DNA of 64,000 nucleotides from an uncultured Clostridia bacterium (GTDB lineage Bacteria; Bacillota; Clostridia; TANB77; CAG-465): NCBI GenBank assembly GCA_944387375.1, contig CALXEQ010000003.1, positions 69,942 to 133,941 of the forward strand, read 5' to 3'. Shown piece by piece: positions 46,846 to 58,879 of this stretch (position 1 is its first letter; each line of letters starts with the position of its first letter). The notes under the pieces were generated by a model. It saw only the letters and a program-made list of their open reading frames with translations, ran no database searches and was not told where the DNA came from. The position numbers and the translations under genes were made by a program.

Positions 46846-48708
46846 TTATATCTTTTTCTCTGCCTCTTTAATCTCTTCACTATCATTAAGTTTTTTAGCT
46901 TCTACATTTATTGGTTTTTTTCTTATCTTTTTTTTACCTTTCTTAACTTTTTCTACACTTTCCAAAGTAATAAGATTATCTGGATTAGTATTTTCTAGCT
47001 CAACATATCTTTTAATTTTCATTGTTGTAGTTTTTTCAAACTCATCCTTTTTAATTTCTAGATATTTTATAGCTTTATATGATACCATCATTCTATTAAC
47101 TTTTTTTATTTCATCAAATACCATCTGATAAAGTTTAGAATCTGAAGGCATATCATCTTCCTCATATTTTTCTTTTAGAAATTCTTTATCAACAGTTATT
47201 CTTGCTGCTACTATAACATCTTTTGAATTATTAGATAATCTTTTACCATATACCATTGATTCTTCAATTAAAGGTAATTTATTTAACAAGTTTTCAAGTT
47301 CTTCAGGAAATATATTTTTACCATTAGATGTAACAATTACATTTTTACTTCTACCTGTAACAACAAGATTTCCTCTAATATCAAAATAACCTAAATCTCC
47401 TGTATAAAACCATCCCTTTTTTAAAACTTCTTTAGTAGCTTCTTCATCTTTATAATAACCTAGCATTACATTATCTCCCTTTACGATAATTTCACCTATG
47501 TTACTATTTTCATCTTTATTTTCACTTAAATCTATTCTTATTTCAACACCTTCAACAGCTTTTCCAACAGTACCTGAGGCATCACACTTTAAAGAAGTAC
47601 CTGATACCAAAGGTGATGTTTCTGTAAGTCCATATCCTTGTAAAAATTTAAATCCGTATCCTTCCATTTTTGTTATGAGTTCTGGATCAAGTGGAGCTGC
47701 ACCGCAAAAAAGATATTTTAAATTTCCACCAAAATTTTCCTGAATTTTAGCAAATACTTTTCTTCTTATATCTATACCTATTTTACTAAATCCATTTGCT
47801 ATAGTCTTTATTGTTTTAATTGTTTTTTCCTTACCCGTTTCCTTTATTCCTTTTTCAATTTGCTGATTGAACTTTTCAATAACTGCAGGAACAGCAAGTA
47901 TAAAATCTGGTTTTATTTCTTTAAAATCCTTAAGTATATATTTTAGTCCCTGACATATACCAATTGTACCGCCTGCTGCACTCATAAATAAATAATCTAG
48001 TGTAAACTCATATGTATGGTGTAATGGTAATATCGACATACAAGTATAATCTCCAAATGTTGGAACAACACATGAGCAAGAATAAATATTGGCACATAAG
48101 TTTTTATGACTAAGCATAACTCCTTTTGAAGTTGCAGATGTTCCAGAAGTAAATAATAAAATACTAAATGCATCTCTATCTATAGGCATATCTATATACT
48201 CTTTATTACCATCATCTACTTTTTTTATTCCTTTTTCTATTATCCTATCAAAAGCTAAAGCCTCTTCATCTGACTCTTTTTTATTCATATCTATATATAC
48301 CATATCTTTTGGTAGTTTATCTTTAATATTATTTATTTCATCTTTTTTTCTAGAGGAATAAACTATAGCTTTAGCATCTGATCTTAAAAGTAAATTAAGT
48401 ATTTCATTTTCTGGAAGTCCTCTATCTAGTGGCACAATCACACCAACACCACAAGCAACAGCCATATATGTAACATACCATCTGTAAGAATTTTCTCCAA
48501 TTACAGCAATATTCTTTCCTTTAAGATCTAACTCTTCTAACATATATGTTCCAAGACCATTTATTTTTTCTTTTATATCTTTATATTTTATATACTCAAA
48601 TTCTTTATGATCAACATCTTTTTCAATAAAAGCAACTTTATCTTTAAATAAATCAAATCTAATGTTAATTATATCTTTTAAGGAATTGAGATTTTTTAAT
48701 TCTTCCAT
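46846..48708 (-). CDS. long-chain fatty acid--CoA ligase (AMP-binding enzyme family)
   Basis: AMP-binding motif LFTSGTSATSKGVMLSH, YGLTET motif, C-terminal Lys-rich tail. Confidence 0.8.
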   Translation of the reverse strand: MEELKNLNSLKDIINIRFDLFKDKVAFIEKDVDHKEFEYIKYKDIKEKINGLGTYMLEELDLKGKNIAVIGENSYRWYVTYMAVACGVGVIVPLDRGLPENEILNLLLRSDAKAIVYSSRKKDEINNIKDKLPKDMVYIDMNKKESDEEALAFDRIIEKGIKKVDDGNKEYIDMPIDRDAFSILLFTSGTSATSKGVMLSHKNLCANIYSCSCVVPTFGDYTCMSILPLHHTYEFTLDYLFMSAAGGTIGICQGLKYILKDFKEIKPDFILAVPAVIEKFNQQIEKGIKETGKEKTIKTIKTIANGFSKIGIDIRRKVFAKIQENFGGNLKYLFCGAAPLDPELITKMEGYGFKFLQGYGLTETSPLVSGTSLKCDASGTVGKAVEGVEIRIDLSENKDENSNIGEIIVKGDNVMLGYYKDEEATKEVLKKGWFYTGDLGYFDIRGNLVVTGRSKNVIVTSNGKNIFPEELENLLNKLPLIEESMVYGKRLSNNSKDVIVAARITVDKEFLKEKYEEDDMPSDSKLYQMVFDEIKKVNRMMVSYKAIKYLEIKKDEFEKTTTMKIKRYVELENTNPDNLITLESVEKVKKGKKKIRKKPINVEAKKLNDSEEIKEAEKKI

Positions 48709-49060
48709 AATTCCCTCCTTTTAATTTTTATTATTACTACATTATAATTATATATTCTTAAAATTTAAAAGTCAATAAAGCTTGAAAATATTCACATTTC
48801 CCACACATAATATTTGTATATTTTACATTATTAGACATTTTATTGCTTATTTAATATAATATTAAATTTTAGATTACATAATTATTGACATTTTATGTAA
48901 ATTGTGTTATACTAATATTGTATTGATATTGTAAATTTGAGAAGTTTAATAATGGTCTCATGTGCCATTTTTAACCTTCTTTTTTAATACATTAAACGGA
49001 TTACAAAAGAACATAATTACAATATACAATGGAAAAAAATTTTAGAAAGGAATGATGAAA

Positions 49061-49732
49061 ATGGCAAAAAGAATGAAAGAAACTGCAAAAAAAGAAACAA
49101 GAGGAAAGAAAGAAGAAGTTAAAAAAACAAAAAAAGAAAATGGAGGTTTTATAGATAAATTCAAAGAAAAAGTAAAAAGCAGTGAAAAAACAGCTTTATC
49201 TTTAATAATAATAGCGATTTTTTGTGCAATTGCTATATACTTTGGATTTATATTTATAAAACCAGCATATGAAATAACTTTTGGAGAGCTTAAATATCTA
49301 GAAGCTAGTCAAATAGCAGGAGATTATGCTGAAGGAACAGCAGAAAGGCAACAAAAAGATGCAGAAGCAAATGAAGCAAAAAATGAATATTACAATATGA
49401 GAGATGCATACGCTACTAATGCAAATCCTTTAGTAATAAAATTCTCTAGGATACATTCTTTATTTTTAAGAATAACAATAATGCTTATAGTATTATTTTT
49501 TGCAATAATATTACCAATAAGCTTTTGTATAAAGAATGTAAAAGTTCTTTTTTATACAGTATTTTTTATAGTATTTTATAAGCCTTATGAAATAATAAAA
49601 AATATAGTTACTGTATTTAAAAGTTCAGATAACACTTCTAAAAGCTCTAAAAAAACTAAAGCAAAAAAAGACGTCAAAAAAGATGTCAAAAAAACTTCTT
49701 CAAAACACAGTAAAAAATTAGAAACGGCTTAA
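49061..49732 (+). CDS. Lys-rich membrane protein, hypothetical
   Basis: Basic N- and C-terminal tails flanking TM helices. Start probably ATG at 49061 with RBS AAAGGAA. Confidence 0.45.
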   Translation: MAKRMKETAKKETRGKKEEVKKTKKENGGFIDKFKEKVKSSEKTALSLIIIAIFCAIAIYFGFIFIKPAYEITFGELKYLEASQIAGDYAEGTAERQQKDAEANEAKNEYYNMRDAYATNANPLVIKFSRIHSLFLRITIMLIVLFFAIILPISFCIKNVKVLFYTVFFIVFYKPYEIIKNIVTVFKSSDNTSKSSKKTKAKKDVKKDVKKTSSKHSKKLETA

Positions 49733-49745
49733 TATGCCGTTTCTT

Positions 49746-50252
49746 TTATTCTCCATCTTCTTCATAATATTCTTCGTTTATATCATCATCATCTATATCA
49801 ATATCTACCTCTTTAACTTTTTTTACTTTTTGATTTTCTTGCTTATTATCTGATTTATCCATTTTCTTATTAATTAACATATCTATTTTATTAATTATAT
49901 CTGGTATCATATCTACTGCTCTATCTACAACATTTATTCCATCTACATTTAATACTTTAGGTATTCCATCCTTTATTACTAAAAAACCAACAGGCGAAAT
50001 TTTTACTCCAGCTCCTGCTCCTCCACCAAATGGAAGTTTTGTATTTTCAGTGTATTTATTTAACTTATTTGTATTAAATTCACTTCCACCTGCTGCAAAA
50101 CCAAAGCATACCTTAGATAAAGGAATAATTGTTGTATTATCTGCAGTTACTATACTATCTCCTATTATAGTATTTACATCTACCATATTTTCTATTGATG
50201 TCATTGATGTTATCATTAATGACTCTATTGGATGTTTAGTCTCCATTTTCAT
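49746..50252 (-). CDS. ytfJ: sporulation protein YtfJ (GerW family)
   Basis: Gly-rich signature GFAAGGSEF...PFGGGAGAGVKISPVGFLVI typical of YtfJ/GerW. Acidic C-terminus. Confidence 0.7.
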   Translation of the reverse strand: MKMETKHPIESLMITSMTSIENMVDVNTIIGDSIVTADNTTIIPLSKVCFGFAAGGSEFNTNKLNKYTENTKLPFGGGAGAGVKISPVGFLVIKDGIPKVLNVDGINVVDRAVDMIPDIINKIDMLINKKMDKSDNKQENQKVKKVKEVDIDIDDDDINEEYYEEDGE

Positions 50253-50499
50253 ACCACCTTTCTAAATAATAACTTATTTTTTGTACTAAATATATTTTTA
50301 ACTATAAAAATATATATTATACTCATAATTTAAAATATTTTAATGTTATATATATATTTACTATTTATGTAAAGCATGATATAATATAATTAATAATATG
50401 CTTTTAGCATAATATATTTTAATGGATAAACTTTAATAAGTAAATCGTAATCGTTTCTAGATTTATTTATTAAAGTTTTCCTGTTAGGAGGTAATACAT

Positions 50500-50898
50500 A
50501 TGAAAATTAAATTTAGAAACGAAAGAAAATTTATTAGAAGGAGAATTATAGCAGTAGTGCTTTTAAGTCTACTTCTAATAGTAGCACTAAATCAAGCTTT
50601 TAGCTTTGTTAGTGCTAAAACTCTACAATTTGTAGATACAATACAAGTATCTACAATAGAAAATATAAGAGAAAAAATAGATAGCGGAGAGTTATCTGTT
50701 AAATCTTACATTATTAACGATGGAGAACGTCTATGGGATATAGCAGAAAGTATCATAGCAGAAGCTGGTATCAATGTTGACACTAGAGAAGTTGTTAATG
50801 TAATAAAAAACATTAACAAAGCTATGAATATTGATGTAAATGTCCTTCAACCAGGACAGACAATCTATATTCCTGTAGATATAAAAGAGGTCCTTTAA
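50500..50898 (+). CDS. LysM domain protein, membrane-anchored
   Basis: N-terminal TM. C-terminal LysM (YIINDGERLWDIAESI...LQPGQTIYIP). RBS GGAGGT. Terminator hairpin at 50884-50913. Confidence 0.65.
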   Translation: MKIKFRNERKFIRRRIIAVVLLSLLLIVALNQAFSFVSAKTLQFVDTIQVSTIENIREKIDSGELSVKSYIINDGERLWDIAESIIAEAGINVDTREVVNVIKNINKAMNIDVNVLQPGQTIYIPVDIKEVL

Positions 50899-50915
50899 AT
50901 TAAAGGCCTCTTTAA

Positions 50916-51485
50916 CTATGCTTTTTTTATTTGTCTATTTATTTTTGCTTTATCTTTACTTTTATTCTTTACCTCTTTATTTTTTTGTTTTATTAATACA
51001 ATAATTATTTTGAAAATTCTAAATATATTTCGTATTATAGATAATGATAACTCACATTTTATATTTAAAAAAATTGTTTTTTGTGAAATAAATGTATTAT
51101 ACTTTATATTATCTAAATTAATATTTTTGTTATTATTTACAATAAATAAAGGAATTAGTGCATTAACTAAAGCTATAATATATGCATTGTATATTGGATC
51201 ATTTAAATTAATACCTAAATCCATATCTAACTTATTGACTTTTACAGTTTTTAGCAATCCAGTTATTATATCTAAAATTTGATTATAAGTTAATGAATTT
51301 TTTATTTGTTTTGCTAACATATATATAGTATTTATTTCTTTATTATTAGTTTTAGGTGCATGTATTTTTCTTTCTAATTTTATTTCTTTTATCTTTATTT
51401 CAAATAAATATATATTTATATAATTTTTTGTTTGCATTAAATCATTATTTTTATTTTCCTCTAGATAATTTATTTTAACTTTCAC
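50916..51485 (-). CDS. hypothetical protein (189 aa)
   Basis: ORF from the track. Lys/Asn/Ile-rich. No recognised motif. Confidence 0.4.
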   Translation of the reverse strand: MKVKINYLEENKNNDLMQTKNYINIYLFEIKIKEIKLERKIHAPKTNNKEINTIYMLAKQIKNSLTYNQILDIITGLLKTVKVNKLDMDLGINLNDPIYNAYIIALVNALIPLFIVNNNKNINLDNIKYNTFISQKTIFLNIKCELSLSIIRNIFRIFKIIIVLIKQKNKEVKNKSKDKAKINRQIKKA

Positions 51486-51600
51486 AATATCACCTATTAA
51501 TATTATTAGTAAAATTCATTCTAATATCATAATATATACAAATATCTTTTTGACAAAATTTTTCAAATTTAGTATAATTTTATAATGGAGGTATAAATAT

Positions 51601-52281
51601 ATGAATCTCATTTTTGGAGATAATTTATATTATAACTTATTAATTTTTATAGTTATATCTATAATTTTTACATGGACTATTACTCAAACATTTAAAGTAA
51701 TATTAAAGTGTTGGATTGGTAAAAAATTTTCTATTAAAATGTTCTTTCATGATGGAGATTTTCCATCAACACATACAGCAATTGTAACATCTTCTGTTAT
51801 TTTAATATTATTTTTAAATGCTTATACTCTAAGTCTTACTGACCCAACAACTATAGCGTCATATAACAGTGCTAAAGACTTTCTTATAATGATTACATTT
51901 GCATCTATTGTAATACGTGATGCTATGGGACAAAGACATAGACAAGATAATACTAATAAAAATTTAAAGAATTTAAAAGATTATATCCAAGAACTAGGTA
52001 TAGAGAGTAATGTTATTGAACATATAGATGCAACATTTGAATCAATAGACAATGAAGCCATAAAACGAGTTGGACACTTAAAGCATGAAGTATATGGTGG
52101 TATGATTTTAGGCGCAATTTGTTCATTATTTTTAATAATATTTTTCTTTAATAGATATGATTGGTTATTATTTGCAGTAGTATGTGCTTTACTTTATTTC
52201 TTAGCAATTCTAGCTTTTTTAAAATTAAAACCTGTTGTAACTAAAAAAATTACATATAAAAAATCTAAGAATAAAAAATAA
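51601..52281 (+). CDS. divergent PAP2 family membrane protein (DUF212-like)
   Basis: Motif FHDGDFPSTHTAIVTS resembles the GGMPSSHSA signature of the divergent PAP2 family. Polytopic. Confidence 0.55.
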   Translation: MNLIFGDNLYYNLLIFIVISIIFTWTITQTFKVILKCWIGKKFSIKMFFHDGDFPSTHTAIVTSSVILILFLNAYTLSLTDPTTIASYNSAKDFLIMITFASIVIRDAMGQRHRQDNTNKNLKNLKDYIQELGIESNVIEHIDATFESIDNEAIKRVGHLKHEVYGGMILGAICSLFLIIFFFNRYDWLLFAVVCALLYFLAILAFLKLKPVVTKKITYKKSKNKK

Positions 52282-52331
52282 GACTCATAGATTATTTAAT
52301 CTTTTGAGTCCTTTTTATTTTTATACTTTTA

Positions 52332-53021
52332 TTATGGCATATCATACGGTAAAATATGTGTGTATCCATCACTTGTTATAGCACCAACACGAGAAGTAGC
52401 TCTTCCACTTGTTGTTTTTACTGCAACTTGCATAATTCTTACGACATTTTTTAAATCATATTCTTTAAACTGTAAATCTGTAGTATCATAATTTTTTAAG
52501 GCATATTGTATTGTTCCATCATCTAATAAAACTATTATATATGCTGATGTAGCTGTACCATGAGACTGTGTTTGTACATCTACTATTTGCTTTCCATCAA
52601 AATTATACTTTTTATCATTAAGCCTAAATTGAAAATCATAATTAGATTCTCCTCCACTATAATAAGATGTTGTTGGTCCAATAATATATGATAATGAATT
52701 ATCTATATTTTTAATCACACCACTTTCCAACACTTCTTCTATTTCAAGACCACTATTTGCTGCATCAATTTTATTATTATCTATTTTAGGTATTGTTAAT
52801 TTTTCAACAGTTTGCACTTCATTTTGAATATTTTCTGTTTCTTCTTTATCACCTAATTGTACTTCAAGCTCTTGTTTTTCATTACTTAAAGACTCAACTT
52901 GTGCAGTTAACTCATTTATTTTTTCGTCTGAATTTAAATACTTATATCCAAAGAAAAAAGACAATGCTACAAAAAAAACTATAACAACAATTAAAACTAT
53001 TAATGTTATTTTACTTTTCAT
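52332..53021 (-). CDS. membrane-anchored coiled-coil protein, paralog of the 19055-19708 protein
   Basis: N-terminal TM, coiled coil, C-terminal LLDDGTIQY...LKNVVRIMQ...GRAT...SDGY. Start ATG at 53021 with RBS GGGGTGAAG. Confidence 0.55.
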   Translation of the reverse strand: MKSKITLIVLIVVIVFFVALSFFFGYKYLNSDEKINELTAQVESLSNEKQELEVQLGDKEETENIQNEVQTVEKLTIPKIDNNKIDAANSGLEIEEVLESGVIKNIDNSLSYIIGPTTSYYSGGESNYDFQFRLNDKKYNFDGKQIVDVQTQSHGTATSAYIIVLLDDGTIQYALKNYDTTDLQFKEYDLKNVVRIMQVAVKTTSGRATSRVGAITSDGYTHILPYDMP

Positions 53022-53211
53022 ATACTTCACCCCATAAATTAATTATATTTTAAAGTTAACATTAAAAAATATATTTGTAAATACCAACAAATTCATGTCT
53101 ATAACTTAAAATAGTTATTAAATCTATAATAATTGTAATTAATATTTTTTATATATCTTTAAATTTACAAAAATATTACAAAAAAGCATAATAGAATTAT
53201 TCTATTATGCT

Positions 53212-54507
<1,296 letters not shown>

Positions 54508-55527
54508 CTATTCTTCATCAAAATAATCTATTTTTATAGCCTCTTTAACTTTTTTCATTGTTTGACTTGCTTTAAATTTAGCTTTTTTAGTACCTTCTTT
54601 TAATATATAATCTATTTTTTCAGGATTTTCTTCATAATATTTTCTTCTTTCCTTAATAGGTTTTAAAAACTCAATCATGTTTTTTGCAAGTTCCTTTTTA
54701 CACTGTATACAACCTCTTTTACCTTCTTTACATTCATTACAAATTGTTGCTAAATTATCTTTACTTACTAGATTATGATAATAATATACCATACAAACAT
54801 CTGGATTTGCTGGATCATCTTTATGTATTTTGTTTTTATCTGTAACAGCATCCATAACTTTTTTTGTAATAGTCTCTTCATCATCTACTAAAAATATAGC
54901 ATTTCCTAAACTTTTACCCATTTTTTCATTTCCATCAAGTCCTTTAAGGCGAGGAATTTTTGAAAGTAAATGATTTGGCTCTTTTAATGTATCACCATAA
55001 ATAGAATTAAATTTTCTTACAATTTCTCTTGTTTGCTCTAGTAAAGGTAATTGATCTTCTCCAACTGGCACTAATGTACCACCAAATGCTGTAATATCTG
55101 CAGTTTGACTTACTGGATATCCTAAAAATCCATAAGTAACTCCTTCTCCACTTTGCCCAAATATTTCCTTTTTTTGTGCAATTTCTGTTTTTATTGTAGG
55201 ATTACGCTCTAGTCTTGCAATAGTAACCAAATTTGAATAATAAACTGTAAGTTCTGCTATTTCTGGTATCATTGATTGTATAAAAATTGTAGCTTTATTT
55301 GGATCTATTCCACATGCAATAAGATCTAGTGCTAATTCCCTTACATTTTTTCTAACTTTATCTGGATTATTGAAATTATCTGTTAAAGCTTGAACATCTG
55401 CAATTTCAATAAATGTATTATATTCATCTTGTAACTTTACCCAATTACCTACAGCTCCAAAATAATGTCCTAAATGTAAATTTCCTGTAGGTCTTATACC
55501 TGTTAAAATAATTTTTTCATTGTCCAT
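54508..55527 (-). CDS. trpS: tryptophan--tRNA ligase
   Basis: HIGH-type motif TGNLHLGHY, KMSKS-type KMGKS. Start ATG at 55527 with RBS GAGGTGAG. Confidence 0.9.
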   Translation of the reverse strand: MDNEKIILTGIRPTGNLHLGHYFGAVGNWVKLQDEYNTFIEIADVQALTDNFNNPDKVRKNVRELALDLIACGIDPNKATIFIQSMIPEIAELTVYYSNLVTIARLERNPTIKTEIAQKKEIFGQSGEGVTYGFLGYPVSQTADITAFGGTLVPVGEDQLPLLEQTREIVRKFNSIYGDTLKEPNHLLSKIPRLKGLDGNEKMGKSLGNAIFLVDDEETITKKVMDAVTDKNKIHKDDPANPDVCMVYYYHNLVSKDNLATICNECKEGKRGCIQCKKELAKNMIEFLKPIKERRKYYEENPEKIDYILKEGTKKAKFKASQTMKKVKEAIKIDYFDEE

Positions 55528-55782
55528 TTTTCTCACCTCACGTTACTTTTAGTATTATACAATAAATAGCGTAAAAAATCTAGCAAAAATATCTTTTTTA
55601 TAGCATTTTATGTTTACTTTTTAACTAAATTTATTATATTTTATATAATTTAATTGACTAATCACTATTTGCAATATATAATAATGAAGAATTTAACTTT
55701 AAGAAAAATAATTACTATTATTTTTGAACACAAAAACGAATTTACTTTGTTAAGATAAAATTATTAAAAAGGAGGAGGTTTT

Positions 55783-57300
55783 ATGAAAAAAAATAAAACA
55801 AAAATGTATGCAGATATTATATCTTTGCATAATGAAGTTACTGGATCGTGTATTATATGCACAGTCAGATTTCCTAATAAGGAAAAAATTCGTTTTTTAG
55901 TAGATTGTGGACTATTTCAAGAGGAAAAATACCAATTACAAAATTTTTCTTTTCCATTTGATCCAAAAGAAATAAATTTTGTACTTGTTACACATAACCA
56001 CATAGATCATGTAGGACGTTTGCCTAAGTTATATAAGGATGGATTTACAGGTAATATTTATGCAAGTAAAATAACTTCTATGCTTATGCCACTTGCCCTA
56101 TATAATACTGCAGAAATTTTATCTTATTCATTTCAAAAAAATCCTAACAAGTATAAAAAAATAATAGAAGATGCATCTGTACCAGTTTTTTTTAACAATG
56201 ATGTGTTGTACGATTCAAAAGATGTAGAAGGAATGCTAAATAATGTTATTGGTAAAGAATATAATCAAAGTTTTAAGATAACAGAGCATATAAGTGCAAC
56301 ATTTATACCCAATGCTCACTTACTTGGAGCAGCATCAATTCTTATTACTATAACATATAAAAGTGAAGAGCCTATATATTTATATTTTACAGGAGATTAT
56401 GCAGTAAACAACAGACTGTTTGATGTTGAAGAAAATAATAAAATATATAATCTTCCAATAAATATCATTCAAGAATCAACTTATGGTACAACAAGCATAG
56501 ATACAATAAATCATACTTTTAAAAATGATATATTATCTTCTATTAAGAATAAAGAAACATGTATAGTAACTGTCTTTTCACAAGGAAGAGCACAAGAAAT
56601 ACCTTATGAGCTAAAAAAGATGCAAAATGAAGGTATACTGAACCCATCAATTCCAATATATGCTGATGGTAAACTTTCATTTAGTTATACAGATTTCTAT
56701 TTAAAACATAAAGAATTTTTAAAGAAAGATGAAATTGTCCAAAATTTTCTTCCTCATAATTTTCATTATGTTAGTGATAATTTAGAAAGAGAAAAATTAT
56801 TAGCCGATAGATCATGTAAAATAATCCTTACTACTTCTGGTATGGGAAATTATGGACCTGCGCAAACTTATTTACCATATTATATTACAAGACCAAAATG
56901 TAGTATCATATTTTGTGGATATACTACTCCAGAAAGTCTAGGAGGAAAACTAAAACAAGTAGAAAGATATGATACTTTTAATTTAAATGGTTTAATGGTA
57001 AAGAGAGTTGCTAAAATATTTTCAACTAATGAATTTTCTGGACATGCTAAAAAAGAAGAATTATTGGACTTTTTAAAAAAATTTAGTAATATAAAATCTG
57101 TTATTATAAATCATGGAAATACAGATGTTAAAGAAAATTATGCAAGAGAAGTAATTAATAAAATATCACCAAAAGATGTAGCAATTCTTGATAATAAAAA
57201 CTATATACGTATATATGCATATGGAATAGCAAAGACATTTAATGCACCAGATATGAATATACTACCGCGGCATAGAATAAAAGAAAAAGAGCTTTTTTAA
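55783..57300 (+). CDS. MBL-fold metallo-hydrolase, beta-CASP (RNA-metabolising) family-like
   Basis: HxHxDH motif THNHIDH. An N-terminal GSCIIC...FLVDCG beta-lactamase-fold start. 505 aa. RBS AGGAGGAGG. Confidence 0.6.
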   Translation: MKKNKTKMYADIISLHNEVTGSCIICTVRFPNKEKIRFLVDCGLFQEEKYQLQNFSFPFDPKEINFVLVTHNHIDHVGRLPKLYKDGFTGNIYASKITSMLMPLALYNTAEILSYSFQKNPNKYKKIIEDASVPVFFNNDVLYDSKDVEGMLNNVIGKEYNQSFKITEHISATFIPNAHLLGAASILITITYKSEEPIYLYFTGDYAVNNRLFDVEENNKIYNLPINIIQESTYGTTSIDTINHTFKNDILSSIKNKETCIVTVFSQGRAQEIPYELKKMQNEGILNPSIPIYADGKLSFSYTDFYLKHKEFLKKDEIVQNFLPHNFHYVSDNLEREKLLADRSCKIILTTSGMGNYGPAQTYLPYYITRPKCSIIFCGYTTPESLGGKLKQVERYDTFNLNGLMVKRVAKIFSTNEFSGHAKKEELLDFLKKFSNIKSVIINHGNTDVKENYAREVINKISPKDVAILDNKNYIRIYAYGIAKTFNAPDMNILPRHRIKEKELF

Positions 57301-57308
57301 AGCTCTTT

Positions 57309-57941
57309 TTAAATAGGCAAAATTAGTATTTTTCTATTATTTCCAAAAAATTTATTATGTAATTCTAATTTAAATTTAATATTTTTATCTTTCAAGTATA
57401 TATACAGCAATTTAGCAACATTTAAGTATTCAATATATCCTTTTATAATACTTGTGTTTTCTATATTAAGAATAACTGTCTCCTTTCCAAGTCTTCTTTT
57501 ATTTTTTACATAGAATTTTTTTATTACATTTCTATAAAATTCTATTTTTTTAGATTCATCTGAATAATGTTTTGTATTATCTATCAAATCAGTAACAATA
57601 GATGGATACTTTTTATATGTCTCTTTAAACTCTCCATTTAAAAGATATCCTCCTACCATTAAAGTATATTCTCCTACATTTCCAATCTCATTTTCTTTGG
57701 AAATAAAACTTTTTGGAAGTAATACCAATTCTTCAAGTATACCAGAAATTATTTCTACTTTCTCCTCATTTAAAAGATCAGATTTTCTAAAATTATATAA
57801 TCTAATTTCCTTATTTTCATGATTTATATATACATTTCCCTTTACACATCTATCCTCTTCTTTGTATGAATTTTCATTAAATAATTTTAGTATTTTAGAT
57901 CTTTCACTATATACAGCATAAACACTGTCTTTTTTTATCAT
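57309..57941 (-). CDS. hypothetical protein (210 aa)
   Basis: ORF from the track. No recognised motif. Confidence 0.4.
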   Translation of the reverse strand: MIKKDSVYAVYSERSKILKLFNENSYKEEDRCVKGNVYINHENKEIRLYNFRKSDLLNEEKVEIISGILEELVLLPKSFISKENEIGNVGEYTLMVGGYLLNGEFKETYKKYPSIVTDLIDNTKHYSDESKKIEFYRNVIKKFYVKNKRRLGKETVILNIENTSIIKGYIEYLNVAKLLYIYLKDKNIKFKLELHNKFFGNNRKILILPI

Positions 57942-58118
57942 ATATATTCCTCCTTTTTAATAATTTCTTTAAAAATACTAATTTTTAAATCAAAGATATT
58001 TTTTTACATTTTATATTGTACCATATTTATGTAAATTTGGCAAGCAATAATTATTATATATTTCATTCTTTTAAGTTATTATTAAGACAAAAAAAATACA
58101 ACCATAAGGCTGTATTTC

Positions 58119-58379
58119 TTATTCTTCTACAGGATATACGCTAACTTTTTTGTCGCTTCTTCCTTTTCTTTCAAATTTAACGATACCGTCAACTTTTGAA
58201 TATAAAGTATCATCACTACCAATACCAACATTAGTACCTGGATGAACTTTAGTTCCTCTTTGTCTATATAAAATATTTCCTGCTAATACAAATTGACCAT
58301 CAGCTCTTTTAGCTCCAAGTCTTTTAGCTTCACTATCTCTACCATTTTTAGTAGATCCGCCGCCTTTTTTATGTGCCAT
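58119..58379 (-). CDS. rpmA: 50S ribosomal protein L27 (no N-terminal propeptide)
   Basis: [25 protein letters not shown]..., starting directly at the mature N-terminus. Confidence 0.95.
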   Translation of the reverse strand: MAHKKGGGSTKNGRDSEAKRLGAKRADGQFVLAGNILYRQRGTKVHPGTNVGIGSDDTLYSKVDGIVKFERKGRSDKKVSVYPVEE

Positions 58380-58415
58380 TTATCTCACTCCTTTTTAAAT
58401 CACATTACGTTTTAA

Positions 58416-58769
58416 TTACTCTGCTGCTTCTTCAGTAGCTTTTTTAGCTCTTGTTCCAGTTGTTATTTTCTCGATTTGAATTTTAGTATAAGGTTGTCTG
58501 TGTCCTCTTGTTTTTCTTTGATTTTTCTTAGCTTTATACTTGTAAACAAGTACTTTTTTAGCTTTACCATGTCCAACAACTGTAGCTTTTACTTTTGCTC
58601 CTTTAACAGTATCAGTTCCTACTGTAACCTTGTCTCCATCAGATACTAATAGAACTTTATCAAAAGTTGTTGTTTTTCCTTCCTCTAGTTCTTCTAATCT
58701 GTCAACAAAAACAATGTCTCCTTCTTGAACTTTGTACTGTTTTCCACTAATTTCAACTATTGCGTACAT
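58416..58769 (-). CDS. rplU: 50S ribosomal protein L21
   Basis: MYAIVEISGKQYKVQEGD... Confidence 0.95.
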   Translation of the reverse strand: MYAIVEISGKQYKVQEGDIVFVDRLEELEEGKTTTFDKVLLVSDGDKVTVGTDTVKGAKVKATVVGHGKAKKVLVYKYKAKKNQRKTRGHRQPYTKIQIEKITTGTRAKKATEEAAE

Positions 58770-58850
58770 AATGTTCCTCCTTAATTCTAACTTGCTCTCG
58801 CCATAGAGGTGCTAACGCTTTAAACCTTTTCTGTGCGGAATACAGAAAGT

Positions 58851-58879
58851 ATTTTAACATATTTAGTATTAATTGTCAA
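58851..58879 (-). promoter_or_regulatory. rplU promoter TTGACA-17-TAAAAT, with its -35 inside the last codons of pth
   Basis: Minus strand reads TTGACAattaatactaaatatgtTAAAAT. About 75-nt leader with a stem-loop CUUUCUGU-AUUCCGC-ACAGAAAG, consistent with an L21-leader-like element. Confidence 0.4.

Noticed and set aside
55537-55782. T-box leader upstream of trpS
   Set aside because: No GGUGG/ACCGCG T-box element and no leader terminator were seen on the minus strand. The region looks like a plain divergent promoter region shared with the MBL hydrolase gene.
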